From NCBI GenBank assembly GCA_946480445.1, contig CAMLJN010000001.1, forward strand, positions 113,352 to 153,351: a DNA stretch of 40,000 nt, in the 5' to 3' direction. Position numbers and translations under genes: made by a program. The DNA comes from an uncultured Buttiauxella sp. GTDB taxonomy: Bacteria > Pseudomonadota > Gammaproteobacteria > Enterobacterales > Enterobacteriaceae. This document shows positions 1 to 12,093 of this stretch, one piece after another (position 1 is the stretch's first letter; every line of letters begins with the position of its first letter). A model generated the notes under the pieces. It was given only the letters and a program-made list of their open reading frames with translations. It searched no databases and was not told the origin of the DNA.

Positions 1-298
1 GCACCTGGCAGGCAAACCCGTCGCGCTTTACGGCATGGGCGACCAGCTCGGTTACGGCGAATGGTTCCTCGACGCGCTGGGCATGCTGCACGATAAGCTG
101 GCTTCACAGGGCGTGCAGTTTATCGGCTACTGGCCGACTGAGGGCTATGAGTTCACCAGCCAGAAACCCCTTATTGCCGACGGACAGCTGTTTGTAGGCC
201 TGGCGCTGGATGAAACCAATCAGTACGACCTCAGCGACGAGCGCATAGAAACCTGGTGCGAACAAATCTTAGGTGAGATGGCCGAAAAATTCGCCTGA
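1..298 (+). CDS. fldB: flavodoxin 2 (FldB), C-terminal part; the 5' end lies outside the window
   Basis: The frame is open from nt 2 ([27 protein letters not shown]...) to the stop at 296-298. The sequence is recognisably enterobacterial FldB, and it neighbours ygfX/sdhE as in E. coli. Confidence 0.9.
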   Translation, partial: HLAGKPVALYGMGDQLGYGEWFLDALGMLHDKLASQGVQFIGYWPTEGYEFTSQKPLIADGQLFVGLALDETNQYDLSDERIETWCEQILGEMAEKFA

Positions 299-305
299 TC
301 CCTAT

Positions 306-728
306 TCAGACCTGACCGCCACCGCTCGCCTGCTGTTGCAACATCAGGCGACGTAAATCACGCCACTCTCCGCTGTCCATGCTGTCAGACACCAGCCATA
401 AATGCTGGCTGCGCGTTTTCCCCTTCTGCCGGATCCGCAGCATGATCCCATGGCGCAGCATCCAGGGGGCGCCGACCATCTCCCACTCTTTACCCTGCCA
501 TTTCAGGTGGTAATCCGTCAGCAGTTTAATTTCACCCTGGTTGGCATGGATACGGCGCTGGCTGCGCACGCTGTCAAACACCACCAGAGAGAGTAAAAGC
601 ATCCAGACAAGCGTGTAGCTCATCGGCCAGGGTAAAAGTAATACAAAGAGCGCCAGAAGCCCGTGGGCCAGCAGGGAAAGCCACTGCGCCCGCCAGGAAA
701 CGCGAAGATCAGATTGCCACAGGACCAC
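306..728 (-). CDS. ygfX: inner-membrane protein YgfX (CptA)
   Basis: The 140-aa [23 protein letters not shown]... is collinear with E. coli YgfX. It has two hydrophobic segments, lies downstream of sdhE and overlaps it. Confidence 0.9.
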   Translation of the reverse strand: MVLWQSDLRVSWRAQWLSLLAHGLLALFVLLLPWPMSYTLVWMLLLSLVVFDSVRSQRRIHANQGEIKLLTDYHLKWQGKEWEMVGAPWMLRHGIMLRIRQKGKTRSQHLWLVSDSMDSGEWRDLRRLMLQQQASGGGQV

Positions 729-975
729 GTTCTCTATTCCGTGTTTGGATAAGCTTCACCATACGCTGTAGCTGCGTGTCTGCCGGCTCGCCGTGATTCA
801 TCAACCAGTTAAACAGGTCGGGATCGTCGCATTCCAGAAGACGGATAAAGAGTGCCTTATCCTCGTCGCTTAACGTGTCATATTCATACTCAAAGAACGG
901 CATAATCGAAATATCGAGCTCGCGCATTCCACGGCGGCATGCCCAGTGAATACGTGCTTTGTTATTGATATCCAT
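709..975 (-). CDS. sdhE: FAD assembly factor SdhE (YgfY/CptB)
   Basis: Only the last 88 codons of the 227-aa ORF 709..1392 match SdhE ([29 protein letters not shown]...). The ATG at 975 was verified in the sequence. Confidence 0.92.
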   Translation of the reverse strand: MDINNKARIHWACRRGMRELDISIMPFFEYEYDTLSDEDKALFIRLLECDDPDLFNWLMNHGEPADTQLQRMVKLIQTRNRERGPVAI

Positions 976-1221
976 GTGCTCTTTCCTGCTTAACTGACGT
1001 ATAAGGTACGACGGATAGTGTAACGTGTTTTCGCTCCGCGTATTACCTGAATGTTGCTTTATACGTACTTTCCCTGAATAAAAAAAAGCAACGTAAACGC
1101 GTTGCAAAGGCTTTGCGAGACAGCTCGAAACGGCACAAATCGCGTCATCAAACTGCTTGCATTGCCGGGCAGCTCTTTTACCATTACCCTCAAACATCCG
1201 TTGGATAATCCAGGACAAATT

Positions 1222-2208
1222 ATGGCTTTCACTCCTTTCCCTCCTCGTCAGCCTACAGCCGCGGCTCGCCTGCCGCTGACGCTGATGACCCTTAATGACT
1301 GGGCGCTGGTTAACGTGACGGGCGCAGAGGCCGAAAAGTACCTGCAAGGGCAAGTCACCGCAGACGTTACGCAGCTGGGAGCCAACCAGCATGTGCTATG
1401 CGCGCATTGCGATGCCAAAGGCAAAATGTGGAGCAACCTGCGGCTTTTCCCTCGTCATGACGGGTTCGCCTTTATCGAACGTCGCAGTGTGTATGAAGCA
1501 CAGCTGGCCGAGCTAAAAAAGTACGCCGTATTTTCAAAAGTTACCTTCACGCCAGATGATGAAAGCGTGCTGCTGGGGCTGGCCGGGTTCCAGGCCCGAG
1601 CGGCGCTGGCAAACATTTTTGCCAGCCTGCCGGATGCGGAAAATCCGCTGGTGCAGGAGGGCGCAACCACCCTGCTGTGGCTTAACCTACCAGCGGAGCG
1701 TTTCCTGATCGTCACCGACGCCGCTACGGCACAAACGCTGGCTGACAAACTGCGTGGTGCAGCCCAGTTTAACAACAGCCAGCAATGGCTGACGCTGGAT
1801 ATCGAAGGCGGTTTGCCTGTTATTGACAGCGTCAACAGCGCGCAATTTATACCCCAGGCCACCAATCTCCAGGCGCTGGGCGGTATCAGCTTTAAAAAGG
1901 GCTGCTATACCGGTCAGGAAATGGTGGCGCGCGCGAAGTTTCGCGGGGCCAACAAACGTGCGCTTTGGTCACTGGCTGGCAGCGCCTCCCGTGTACCGGA
2001 AGCGGGCGAAGACCTTGAGATGAAGATGGGCGACAACTGGCGCCGCACCGGCACCGTGCTGGCAGCTTGCCTGCTGGAAGACGGCCGGGTGGTGGTGCAG
2101 GCGGTAATGAATAACGATCTCGAAGCGGGGAGCCTTTTCCGCGTCCGTGAAGACAACGGCAGCGAACTCGCGCTTGAGCCACTGCCTTATTCATTAGAAG
2201 AGAGCTAA
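1222..2208 (+). CDS. ygfZ: tRNA-modifying folate-binding protein YgfZ
   Basis: The internal ATG at 1222 gives [24 protein letters not shown]..., 328 aa, collinear with E. coli YgfZ. The upstream part of ORF 1102..2208 is not conserved. Confidence 0.93.
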   Translation: MAFTPFPPRQPTAAARLPLTLMTLNDWALVNVTGAEAEKYLQGQVTADVTQLGANQHVLCAHCDAKGKMWSNLRLFPRHDGFAFIERRSVYEAQLAELKKYAVFSKVTFTPDDESVLLGLAGFQARAALANIFASLPDAENPLVQEGATTLLWLNLPAERFLIVTDAATAQTLADKLRGAAQFNNSQQWLTLDIEGGLPVIDSVNSAQFIPQATNLQALGGISFKKGCYTGQEMVARAKFRGANKRALWSLAGSASRVPEAGEDLEMKMGDNWRRTGTVLAACLLEDGRVVVQAVMNNDLEAGSLFRVREDNGSELALEPLPYSLEES

Positions 2209-2220
2209 TCCCTGCCCGTA

Positions 2221-2247
2221 TCCTGCCCCTGCAACGTGGGGGCAGGA
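2221..2247. terminator. GC-rich hairpin between convergent ygfZ and yqfA
   Basis: tcctgcccc (2221-2229) pairs with ggggcagga (2239-2247) across a 9-nt loop. There is no clear U-tract on either strand. Confidence 0.4.
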
Positions 2248-2251
2248 AGCC

Positions 2252-2905
2252 CTAGCGGATATACAGGTAAATGGCGAGAAAATGGCACACGCTGCCGCCC
2301 AGCACAAAACCATGCCAGATGGCGTGGTTGTATGGGATACGTTTGCAGACATAGAAAATAACGCCCAGCGAATAAATGATCCCGCCTGCTGCCAGCAGCG
2401 TTACGCTGCCAGGGGCGAGCTTGATCACCATCTGGTAGATCACCACCAACGACAGCCAGCCCATCAAAAGATAGGTCACCAGCGACAGCACCTTAAAGCG
2501 GTGGGCAATGGTGAGCTTAAACAGAACTCCCGCCAGCGCGAGGCTCCAGATAACAATCATCAATCCGCGTGAGAGCGGCGAATCCAGCCCTATGAGCAGG
2601 AAAGGCGTGTAGGTCCCGGCAATCAGCAGGTAAATAGCACAGTGGTCAAATTTCTTTAACCAGCGCTTGGCCCGCTCGTGGGGAATAGCGTGATACAACG
2701 TCGAGGCAAGAAACAGCAAAATCATGCTGCCGCCGTACAGGCTGTAGCTGGTAATCGCCGTCACGCTGGCGTTGGCATCAAGGGCCTGAACCAGCAGCAG
2801 AACCAGTCCGACAATGCCGAACACCAGCCCAATACCGTGGCTAATGCTATTGGCAATTTCCTCTGCCAGTGAATATCCCGATGTTTTGATTGGTTTGTCA
2901 GCCAT
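2252..2905 (-). CDS. yqfA: hemolysin III family membrane protein YqfA
   Basis: Starting at the ATG at 2905 ([26 protein letters not shown]...) gives 217 aa. It is a multi-pass membrane protein matching the E. coli YqfA layout. Confidence 0.9.
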   Translation of the reverse strand: MADKPIKTSGYSLAEEIANSISHGIGLVFGIVGLVLLLVQALDANASVTAITSYSLYGGSMILLFLASTLYHAIPHERAKRWLKKFDHCAIYLLIAGTYTPFLLIGLDSPLSRGLMIVIWSLALAGVLFKLTIAHRFKVLSLVTYLLMGWLSLVVIYQMVIKLAPGSVTLLAAGGIIYSLGVIFYVCKRIPYNHAIWHGFVLGGSVCHFLAIYLYIR

Positions 2906-3059
2906 AAGGCTACTCCCGATACATAAGATGAAAAATGCAGCATCCTCAGCATAACTGAGAATGATTCCAGTGAACACGTGTACGCTAAAATAAATCTCTC
3001 AGCGCCGGAAGGCATACCTGTACAATCAATCCGTCATCAAAAAATAAGGAGCAACAGCG

Positions 3060-3656
3060 ATGTCCCCACTTCCCTTTGGCGTAATGAGCGATGTCATCGC
3101 CTTTCTGATGGAGATCGACAAGCTTAAGCAGGTTGAACGACGCACAAAGATTATCGGTAAGGATAGACAGGAAAACTCGGCGGAACATAGCTGGCATTTT
3201 GCCGTGGCGGCCATGAGCCTCGCGCCATTCGCGCCGGCAGAAGTGAATATGTCGCGGGTCGTGCAAATGGCATTGTTGCATGACATCGTTGAAATTGATG
3301 TCGGTGATGTCCTGGTTTACGACCTGGCGGCAAGAGAAGCCGTTGCGCAGAAAGAAGCCCTTGCGGCTGAACGCCTGTTTGGATTATTACCCGAACCTCA
3401 GCGCGGTGATTTTCTTGCTCTCTGGCAGGAGTATGAAGCTGGCGTCAGTGAGGATGCCCGCTTTGCCAGTTCGCTCGATCGTATTTTGCCCATTTTGCAA
3501 AATCTGCATAATGAAGGACAAAGCTGGCGTGAAAATAATATCTCTCTGGAGCAGGTCTTAACCCGCAATGCACGAGCAGGCGAAAGCTGGCCCGAATTAT
3601 GGCAACATGTCGTCAGCCATTTGTATCTTGCGCAGGAAAAGGGCTGGCTGCGCTAA
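3060..3656 (+). CDS. HD-domain phosphohydrolase (YfbR-like 5'-nucleotidase fold)
   Basis: The 198-aa ORF carries H...HD...D metal-binding motifs (ENSAEHSWH, LLHDIVEIDVGD). An AAGGAG Shine-Dalgarno lies 8 nt before the ATG at 3060. Confidence 0.8.
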   Translation: MSPLPFGVMSDVIAFLMEIDKLKQVERRTKIIGKDRQENSAEHSWHFAVAAMSLAPFAPAEVNMSRVVQMALLHDIVEIDVGDVLVYDLAAREAVAQKEALAAERLFGLLPEPQRGDFLALWQEYEAGVSEDARFASSLDRILPILQNLHNEGQSWRENNISLEQVLTRNARAGESWPELWQHVVSHLYLAQEKGWLR

Positions 3657-3698
3657 ACTACTCGCCGGATCACGGCTGAACACTCAGGAAGATGCACG

Positions 3699-4427
3699 AT
3701 GTTTACTCACGCGGCGGTCGCTAATCTCAACGGTCTGGAAATGCAGGTCTACAACTATGTCATTAAAAACCGTGACAAAGTGATGTATATGACCATCCGC
3801 GAGCTGGCTGACGCCGTAGGCGTCTCCACCACCACCGTGCTGCGCTTTTGCCGTAAGCTGAACTGTGAGGGCTACTCTGAATTCCGCGTGCGTTTTAAAT
3901 TATTTCTTGAGCAGAATGATGAGCAGCAGGTTAATTTTGGCCCCAGCGAAATAATCAGTTTTTTCAAAAGCACCAACAATGAAGAATTCGATAATTTAAT
4001 CGACCGTGCCATCGACATTATTTGCGCATCGGAGCGAATTATATTCGTTGGCGCAGGCACCTCTGGAGCGCTGGCTAAATATGGCGCACGTTTCTTTTCC
4101 AACGTCGGTAAATTTAGCAACCATATTGACGATCCCTATTTTCCGGTGACCAGCGATATGGCCAAAAATGCGCTGGCGATTGTGCTTTCCGTTTCAGGGG
4201 AGACGGAAGAGATCCTGCGCTTTGCCAGCCAGTTCAGCCTGCATAACTGCAAGGTGATGTCTGTCACCAGCCATGAGAACTCTTCCCTTGCGAAGCTTGC
4301 AGACTTCAATATCTCCTGGCACATTCCCCTCACCCGCGTAGCGGGCGTCTATGACATCACGACCCAAATCCCCGTTATTTATATTTTAGAAACGATAGGC
4401 CGCAGACTGGCGAAAAAAATGGCGTAA
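3699..4427 (+). CDS. RpiR/MurR-family transcriptional regulator (HTH plus SIS domain)
   Basis: It has an N-terminal HTH (MTIRELADAVGVSTTTVLRFCRKL) and a C-terminal SIS domain (IIFVGAGTSGALAKY). AGGAA lies upstream of the ATG. Confidence 0.85.
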   Translation: MFTHAAVANLNGLEMQVYNYVIKNRDKVMYMTIRELADAVGVSTTTVLRFCRKLNCEGYSEFRVRFKLFLEQNDEQQVNFGPSEIISFFKSTNNEEFDNLIDRAIDIICASERIIFVGAGTSGALAKYGARFFSNVGKFSNHIDDPYFPVTSDMAKNALAIVLSVSGETEEILRFASQFSLHNCKVMSVTSHENSSLAKLADFNISWHIPLTRVAGVYDITTQIPVIYILETIGRRLAKKMA

Positions 4428-4447
4428 AAAACATATTGTTTTTTATA

Positions 4448-4508
4448 TGTAACAAATCACAAGATCCGCCATTTGTTATATCGTGACAATTAAATCTCAT
4501 TTGTTAGA
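4448..4508. promoter_or_regulatory. candidate operator: three copies of ATTTGTTA in the rpiR-like/bglA intergenic region
   Basis: tgTAACAAAT (4448-4457, inverted), ATTTGTTAta (4471-4480) and ATTTGTTAga (4499-4508) lie about 80-140 nt upstream of the bglA ATG. Confidence 0.35.
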
Positions 4509-4586
4509 CTCCAGCACAGAGCTTATTAACGTAACGCCATTTCGTGAGCTAACGCACAAGAGTACTGGCGCTGACAGTGAGATTAA

Positions 4587-6023
<1,437 letters not shown>

Positions 6024-6041
6024 TCGCTTAGCGACAGAGAA

Positions 6042-6072
6042 CGGGTGGATAGCGCGTTGCGCTTATCCACCC
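6042..6072. repeat. REP-like imperfect palindrome between convergent bglA and the histidine kinase gene
   Basis: gggtggatagcgc-gtt-gcgcttatccaccc forms a 13-bp stem with one bulge. It is related to the palindromes at 12094-12177. Confidence 0.6.
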
Positions 6073-6089
6073 GACATCCGCCCTACACC

Positions 6090-7556
6090 CTACACAGGCA
6101 GAGCGAAACGGAAGCAGGCACCGTTTTCAGCCTTGTCGACAAGCATGATATCGCTGCCGTGCAGCTGAAGCATCTGACGAACAATCATTAACCCCAGCCC
6201 CCCTACCCGCAGCCGGGACTGGCTGGCAATAGACGGCCGCACAAACAGCCCCTCTTTAAGCTCCTGCGCAATACCCGGCCCGTTATCGCTCACCTGTACC
6301 AATACCTTCTCTCCTTCAGCCCACAGGCGAACCGAGATCGTTCCTTTTTCTGGCGCATGTCGAATGGCATTATCAAGCAGGTTTGTGAGTACGCGCTCAA
6401 TCATCCCGACATCAGCGTCAATCATCGGCAATCCAGGCTGAATATCCGCCAGCATTTGCTGCTGACGCGTCTGCGCCGCGAGTTCAAATTTCTGGAAGAC
6501 ATCCTGCAAAAGCTCGCTCAGGGAAAAGTGTTCTTTCTGCGGTTTCACCACGCCATATTCCAGACGCGCCAGCTCAAACAATGACTGTGCCAGCGTGCCG
6601 ACTTTCTGACTTTGCCCCAGCGCGATATCCAGGTAACGCTTTTTATCCGCCTCGGAGAGCGTCGCCGACATCACCGATAAGCTTTCCAGATAGCCATGCA
6701 AAGAGGTCAGCGGCGTGCGCAGGTCGTGTGAAATATTAGCGATAAATTCACGGCGCAGCTGATCCTGGTGAGACAACCGTTGCCACTGCTCAGCGATGCG
6801 TCGGGCCATAGAGATAACCCCCTGACGCAGAAGGCCAATCTCATCGCCGCCAATTTCATCGCGTGTTGGCTGAGCGGCCATCGCCTTCATTTCTTCCATG
6901 CCGCCGGTTTCAAGAGCATGAACCTGACGTGAAAGACTGCGCAGCGGGCGCGTGATCCAGCGAAAGGCCAGGCCACCCACGATAAGCCCCAGTAACGCGA
7001 CCAGACTTATGGATAGCAAAACGATCTTCAGCAGCGCGTTAAATTGTGCATCGCTGTTTAGCGCGCTGTATTTTTCCCCCAGCAGGATGACGTAAAGATA
7101 GCCTTTAATCTGCCCGTCCTGGCGCATCGGTGCCACGCTAAAGACTTTCTTACCGTGCAGGCTGCGGGGATCGTCTCCATAGACGGGGTAGTGCGGGCTG
7201 TTCATCGCCTCCTGAAGAGGCTGTAAATCAATACGTTCGCGTTTCAGATGCCCGGGCGGTGCGCCATCGCCCACGATGTTACCCTGCTTATCCAGCAGAT
7301 AAACCTCAACGCTTGGGTTCACGGCCATCAGATGATCGAACAGGGTACGCACCGAGTCTTTGTTTATCCCGTCCTGACCGAGCAGCGGGTAGCTCTGATT
7401 GATATGCTGCGCCAGGTCGCCAGAAAGCTGCTGGATAACAGCCTGGCTGTACTGGGTACTGGTTCGCACCTGCAACCAGCCCAGCAGCGCGCAAGAGCAG
7501 AGCAACAGCAGGGCGAATGTAAGCGTCAGGCGCTGTGACAGGGAAAAAGTTCGCAT
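6090..7556 (-). CDS. two-component sensor histidine kinase (periplasmic sensor, HAMP, HisKA, HATPase)
   Basis: The 488-aa ORF has two TM segments flanking a roughly 150-aa periplasmic domain. It has an H-box SHDLRTPLTSL, an N-box LLDNAIRHAP, and G-boxes DNGPGI and GGLGLMIV. Confidence 0.9.
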   Translation of the reverse strand: MRTFSLSQRLTLTFALLLLCSCALLGWLQVRTSTQYSQAVIQQLSGDLAQHINQSYPLLGQDGINKDSVRTLFDHLMAVNPSVEVYLLDKQGNIVGDGAPPGHLKRERIDLQPLQEAMNSPHYPVYGDDPRSLHGKKVFSVAPMRQDGQIKGYLYVILLGEKYSALNSDAQFNALLKIVLLSISLVALLGLIVGGLAFRWITRPLRSLSRQVHALETGGMEEMKAMAAQPTRDEIGGDEIGLLRQGVISMARRIAEQWQRLSHQDQLRREFIANISHDLRTPLTSLHGYLESLSVMSATLSEADKKRYLDIALGQSQKVGTLAQSLFELARLEYGVVKPQKEHFSLSELLQDVFQKFELAAQTRQQQMLADIQPGLPMIDADVGMIERVLTNLLDNAIRHAPEKGTISVRLWAEGEKVLVQVSDNGPGIAQELKEGLFVRPSIASQSRLRVGGLGLMIVRQMLQLHGSDIMLVDKAENGACFRFALPV

Positions 7557-7559
7557 AGT

Positions 7560-8297
7560 TTACTCGCGTGGCTGTGCGGTGAATTTATAGCCTTTGCCCC
7601 AGACGGTACGGATAAAGCCAGGCTCTGCCGGGTTGTCTTCAATCTTGATGCGCAGACGGTTGATATGCGTGTTGACCGTATGCTCATAGCCTTCATGTTC
7701 GTAGCCCCAGACCTGGTTAAGCAGGTTCAGACGCGAGAAAACCTGTTCGGGATGTCGGGCGAAGAAATAGAGCAGATCAAACTCACGCGGGGTGAGCTCC
7801 ACCAGCTGATAGTTCAGCTGGACGTTCCTCGCCAGCGGGTCGATAGAAAGATTATCGAAGGTCAGCACGCCCGCATCCTGGCGCAGATTCTGGCTCATCG
7901 CCTCCTGTCTGCGAAACAGTGCTTTCACACGCGCCACCAGCTCCAGCATGGAAAACGGCTTGGCGAGATAGTCGTCTGCGCCCAGTTCCAGGCCGAGCAC
8001 GCGATGCGTTTCGCTTGAGCGAGCGCTAATGATAATGATGGGCGTGTAGCGCGTCATCGTTCTGGCGTGGCGACAGATTTCCAGGCCATCCACGCCCGGC
8101 AGCATCAGGTCGAGGATTAACGCATCCCAGCCGCCCTGTTTCAGTTTTTCCATTCCTGTAGTGCCGTCTGCCGCGTGAGTGATAACAAATCCCTCCTCGC
8201 GCAGGTGCAGCTGCAAAAGCTCGGCGATATTTTCGTCGTCTTCCACAATTAACAGCTTTTTCGCCTGATTCACCTGAATCCTCCCCACATACGTCAT
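7560..8297 (-). CDS. OmpR-family response regulator
   Basis: It has a receiver domain (LLIVEDD...DLMLPGVDG...LAKPF) and a winged-helix C-terminus (RTVWGKGYKF). The stop lies 3 nt from the kinase ATG. A GTG at 8273 preceded by GGAGGA with a 5-nt spacer is an alternative and possibly better start. Confidence 0.9.
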   Translation of the reverse strand: MTYVGRIQVNQAKKLLIVEDDENIAELLQLHLREEGFVITHAADGTTGMEKLKQGGWDALILDLMLPGVDGLEICRHARTMTRYTPIIIISARSSETHRVLGLELGADDYLAKPFSMLELVARVKALFRRQEAMSQNLRQDAGVLTFDNLSIDPLARNVQLNYQLVELTPREFDLLYFFARHPEQVFSRLNLLNQVWGYEHEGYEHTVNTHINRLRIKIEDNPAEPGFIRTVWGKGYKFTAQPRE

Positions 8298-8353
8298 GAA
8301 GAAAGTCTACACAACAAGCAGGCGGAAAGTTGTCACATTTTGTTTAACTCTGA

Positions 8354-9097
8354 TTACCTGCCGCCAGCAAGATCGATAAAACTGCCGGTGACGTAAGAGG
8401 CTTTGCTGCTCAGTAACCAGACGATGGCCTGTGCCACCTCTTCCGGCTGCCCGCCGCGCTTCATGGGCAGCGCTTCTTTTACGCGATCGACGCGCCCCGC
8501 TTCACCGCCGGAGGCATGCATTTGGGTATAAATAAAGCCGGGACGCACACCGTTCACACGAATGCCCTGCGCCGCCACTTCCAGCGACAACCCGGTCGTC
8601 AGCGTATCTACCGCGCCTTTCGACGCCGCATAATCAACATATTCACCCGGCGAGCCGAGCCTTGCGGCGGCAGACGAAACGTTAACAATCGCCCCGCCTT
8701 CTCCACCGTGACGATACGCCATACGCTTGACCGCCTCGCGGCAGCAAAGGAAGTAACCCGTAACGTTGGTTGCCAGTACGCGGTTAATGCGCTCAGCCGT
8801 CAGGGTTTCGACCGTTGACTGCTCAAAGAGAATGCCTGCGTTGTTCACAAGGGCGGTAAGCGGCCCAAAAGCGCGGTCGATTTCGACAAACATCGCCATC
8901 ACCTGCAGCTCGTCTGCAATATCAGCCTTAATTGCCAGCGCCTCACCCCCCGCCGAGAGGATCGTGTTGACGACTTCATCGGCAGCCATTTTATTACGCA
9001 GGTAGTTTACAACGACTTTATAACCCGACTGCGCCAGCAGGATAGCGGTTGCTTTGCCAATCCCCCGACTGCCGCCGGTAACCAGTGCCACGCTCAT
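8354..9097 (-). CDS. ygfF: short-chain dehydrogenase/reductase YgfF
   Basis: The 247-aa ORF has the TGGSRGIG Rossmann motif and the YAASK catalytic motif. It is collinear with E. coli YgfF. Confidence 0.93.
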   Translation of the reverse strand: MSVALVTGGSRGIGKATAILLAQSGYKVVVNYLRNKMAADEVVNTILSAGGEALAIKADIADELQVMAMFVEIDRAFGPLTALVNNAGILFEQSTVETLTAERINRVLATNVTGYFLCCREAVKRMAYRHGGEGGAIVNVSSAAARLGSPGEYVDYAASKGAVDTLTTGLSLEVAAQGIRVNGVRPGFIYTQMHASGGEAGRVDRVKEALPMKRGGQPEEVAQAIVWLLSSKASYVTGSFIDLAGGR

Positions 9098-9120
9098 TTT
9101 TCTCTCCTGATACAGATAGC

Positions 9121-9182
9121 ATAAAGGGCACCTGGGTGCCCTTTATGCGTCGTTACCCCTGTCTCCCTCCGGGAGTGAGGGG
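9121..9182 (-). terminator. two hairpins downstream of gcvP
   Basis: One hairpin is cccct..ctccc/gggag..agggg (9156-9182). The other is the near-perfect palindrome ataaagggcacc-tg-ggtgccctttat (9121-9146). U-tracts are weak. Confidence 0.45.
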
Positions 9183-9186
9183 TCTG

Positions 9187-12060
9187 TTACTGGTATTCGC
9201 TCATCGGCACGCAGGAGCAGAACAGATTGCGATCGCCAAAGACATCGTCAAGGCGCTTCACTGTCGGCCAGTATTTGTTGCCGTGGCCTGCCGGGAATAC
9301 GGCAAGCTCGCGCGTATACGGGTGCGACCAGTCGGCCACCATTTCGTCCTGCGTATGCGGCGCATTGACCAGCGGGTTGTCTTCCAGCGGCCATTCCCCC
9401 TTCGCCACGCGGTCGATTTCAGTGCGGATGGCAAGCATCGCGTCGATAAAGCGATCCAGCTCCAGCTTACTTTCGGACTCCGTCGGCTCAACCATCAGCG
9501 TTCCCGCGACCGGGAAAGACATGGTTGGTGCATGGAAACCGAAGTCAATCAGACGCTTGGCAATGTCCAGCTCACTGATACCGGTTTCTTCTTTCAGCGG
9601 ACGAATATCAAGAATACATTCGTGCGCCACGCGGCCATTGGCACCGGTATACAGAATCGGGAAGGCTGACTGCAGACGGCTGGCAATATAGTTCGCGTTG
9701 AGAATAGCCACCTGGCTTGCTTTCTTCAGGCCTTCGGCACCCATCATGCGGATGTACATCCAGCTGATTGGCAGAATAGAGGCGCTGCCAAAAGGTGCAG
9801 CAGAAACCGCGCCCTGCTGGGTGAGCATCTCTTCAATCTGCACCACGCTGTGGCCCGGTACAAATGGAGCCAGGTGCGCTTTCACGCCGATTGGCCCCAT
9901 GCCAGGACCGCCGCCGCCGTGAGGGATGCAGAAGGTTTTGTGCAGGTTGAGGTGCGAAACGTCCGCGCCGATAAAGCCCGGGGAAGTAATGCCCACCTGT
10001 GCGTTCATGTTCGCGCCGTCCAGGTAAACCTGGCCGCCATACTGGTGAACAATCTCGCACACTTCGCGGATAGTCTCTTCATAGACGCCGTGAGTGGAGG
10101 GATAGGTCACCATAATGCAGGAAAGCGCAGCTCCCGCCTGCTCGGCTTTGGCCCGCAGATCCTGAAGATCAATGTTGCCCTGCTTGTCGCACGCCACCAC
10201 GATCACTTCCATACCCGCCATTTGTGCAGAGGCTGGGTTAGTGCCGTGCGCGGAACTTGGGATCAGGCAGATGTTGCGACCCGCTTCGTTACGGCTTTCG
10301 TGATAGCGACGAATAGCCAGCAGACCGGCATATTCCCCCTGAGCACCGGAGTTTGGCTGCATGCACAGCGCGTCGTAGCCGGTCAGCTTCACCAGCCAGT
10401 CGGACAGCTGGGCGATCATCTGATGGTAGCCTTCGGCCTGGTTCGCCGGGCAGAAGGGATGCAGCTCGGCAAATTCAGGCCAGGTGATCGGGATCATCTC
10501 CGCGGCGGCGTTCAGCTTCATGGTGCAGGAGCCCAGCGGGATCATTGCCTGATTGAGCGCCAGATCTTTGCGTTCCAGAGAGTGCATGTAGCGCATCATC
10601 TCGGTTTCGCTGTGGTAGCGGTTAAAGACTGGATGGGTCAGGATGGCATCTTCACGCAGCATCGCCGTCGGGACAGAGAGGCTGTCCCCCGCTACGTCCT
10701 GGTCCAGCTTATCAATATCAAGGCCGTGATTATCACCCAGCAGCACGGCGAACAGCGCCTGGACGTCTTCGCGGGTGGTGGCTTCATCCAGCGTGATGCC
10801 TACCGCATTCAGAATGTCGCTGCGTAGGTTAATTTCTTTTGCTTCAGCGCGAGCCAGCACGGCGGCTTTGTCGGCCACTTCCACGCACAGCGTGTCGAAC
10901 CAGTGTTTGTGACGCAGCACCAGGCCATTCTTTTGCAGGCCAGCGGCAAGAATATCGGTCAGGCGGTGGATGCGGCCAGCGATGCGTTTCAGGCCAGCCG
11001 GCCCGTGGAAGACGGCATACAGGCTGGCGATATTGGCCAGCAGCACCTGAGAAGTACAGATGTTGGAGTTCGCTTTCTCGCGGCGGATATGCTGCTCACG
11101 TGTCTGCATCGCCATGCGCAGTGCAGTGCGACCAGCGGCATCGCGGGAGACACCGATGATACGGCCTGGCATGGAGCGTTTAAATTCGTCGCGAGCGGCA
11201 AAGAATGCCGCGTGCGGGCCACCATAACCCATCGGCACACCGAAGCGCTGTGCGGACCCGAATACAATGTCAGCCCCCTGCTTACCCGGTGCGGTCAGCA
11301 ACACCAGCGACATAAAATCAGCGGCAACGCTGACGATAATTTTGCGCTGTTTCAGTTCAGCAATCAGCGGGCTGTAGTCGTGGACTTCACCGGTCGTACC
11401 CACCTGCTGGAGCAGCACGCCGAACACATCCTGATGATCCAGCACCTTAGCCGCATCATCGACAATCACATCAAAACCGAAGGTCTCTGCGCGAGTACGC
11501 ACCACATCCAGAGTTTGCGGATGCACATCTGCCGCCACGAAGAAACGGTTGGCGTTCTTCAGCTTGCTGACGCGCTTTGCCATAGCCATAGCTTCTGCCG
11601 CTGCGCTAGCTTCATCCAGCAGCGAGGCGGAAGCGATATCCATGCCGGTCAGATCCAGGGTGACCTGCTGGAAGTTCAGCAGCGCTTCCAGACGCCCCTG
11701 GGAGACTTCTGGCTGATAAGGCGTGTAGGCAGTATACCAGCCCGGATTTTCCAGCATGTTACGCAGAATCACCGGCGGAGTTTGCACCGCGGTGTACCCC
11801 ATCCCGATATAGGATTTAAAACGCTTATTACGGCTGGCAATGGCTTTCAGTTCAGCCAGGGCCGCAAATTCGGTTGCGGCTTCCCCCACCTGCGGCGGCT
11901 GCGCGAGCTGAATGTCAGCCGGAACAAGAGTGGAAATCAGTTCATTGAGAGAACGAGCGCCCACGGCCTCCAGCATTTCGTGCTGCTGCTGAGCGGAAGG
12001 GCCAATGTGACGATCGATAAACGCTTCGTGGTTCTCAAGGCTACGTAAGGACTGGGTCAT
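9187..12060 (-). CDS. gcvP: glycine dehydrogenase (decarboxylating), glycine cleavage P protein
   Basis: The ATG at 12060 gives [22 protein letters not shown]..., 957 aa, the same length as E. coli GcvP. The 22-codon upstream extension of the ORF runs into REP sequence. Confidence 0.97.
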   Translation of the reverse strand: MTQSLRSLENHEAFIDRHIGPSAQQQHEMLEAVGARSLNELISTLVPADIQLAQPPQVGEAATEFAALAELKAIASRNKRFKSYIGMGYTAVQTPPVILRNMLENPGWYTAYTPYQPEVSQGRLEALLNFQQVTLDLTGMDIASASLLDEASAAAEAMAMAKRVSKLKNANRFFVAADVHPQTLDVVRTRAETFGFDVIVDDAAKVLDHQDVFGVLLQQVGTTGEVHDYSPLIAELKQRKIIVSVAADFMSLVLLTAPGKQGADIVFGSAQRFGVPMGYGGPHAAFFAARDEFKRSMPGRIIGVSRDAAGRTALRMAMQTREQHIRREKANSNICTSQVLLANIASLYAVFHGPAGLKRIAGRIHRLTDILAAGLQKNGLVLRHKHWFDTLCVEVADKAAVLARAEAKEINLRSDILNAVGITLDEATTREDVQALFAVLLGDNHGLDIDKLDQDVAGDSLSVPTAMLREDAILTHPVFNRYHSETEMMRYMHSLERKDLALNQAMIPLGSCTMKLNAAAEMIPITWPEFAELHPFCPANQAEGYHQMIAQLSDWLVKLTGYDALCMQPNSGAQGEYAGLLAIRRYHESRNEAGRNICLIPSSAHGTNPASAQMAGMEVIVVACDKQGNIDLQDLRAKAEQAGAALSCIMVTYPSTHGVYEETIREVCEIVHQYGGQVYLDGANMNAQVGITSPGFIGADVSHLNLHKTFCIPHGGGGPGMGPIGVKAHLAPFVPGHSVVQIEEMLTQQGAVSAAPFGSASILPISWMYIRMMGAEGLKKASQVAILNANYIASRLQSAFPILYTGANGRVAHECILDIRPLKEETGISELDIAKRLIDFGFHAPTMSFPVAGTLMVEPTESESKLELDRFIDAMLAIRTEIDRVAKGEWPLEDNPLVNAPHTQDEMVADWSHPYTRELAVFPAGHGNKYWPTVKRLDDVFGDRNLFCSCVPMSEYQ

Positions 12061-12093
12061 GAGCGGTGATTCCTGAAACAGGCGGAACTTTAG

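Noticed and set aside
976-1392. The upstream 139 codons of the 227-aa ORF 709..1392, and similar N-terminal extensions of gcvP, gcvT, rpiA, argP, fbaA, epd, tdcE, tdcF and yqfA
   Set aside because: Conservation with the E. coli orthologues begins at internal ATGs that reproduce the known protein lengths. The extensions run through promoters, REP sequence or the opposite-strand gene ygfZ.
9850-12048. Long plus-strand ORFs (325 aa at 9850-10827, 381 aa at 10903-12048, and others) antisense to gcvP
   Set aside because: These are shadow ORFs opposite a highly conserved GC-rich gene. Their translations are low-complexity and R/H/G-rich with no recognisable domains. The same applies to the antisense ORFs inside bglA (5172-5933), ubiI (14372-15238), fbaA (34037-34861), pgk (35414-36112), epd (36579-37208) and tktA (38199-38825, 39126-39641).
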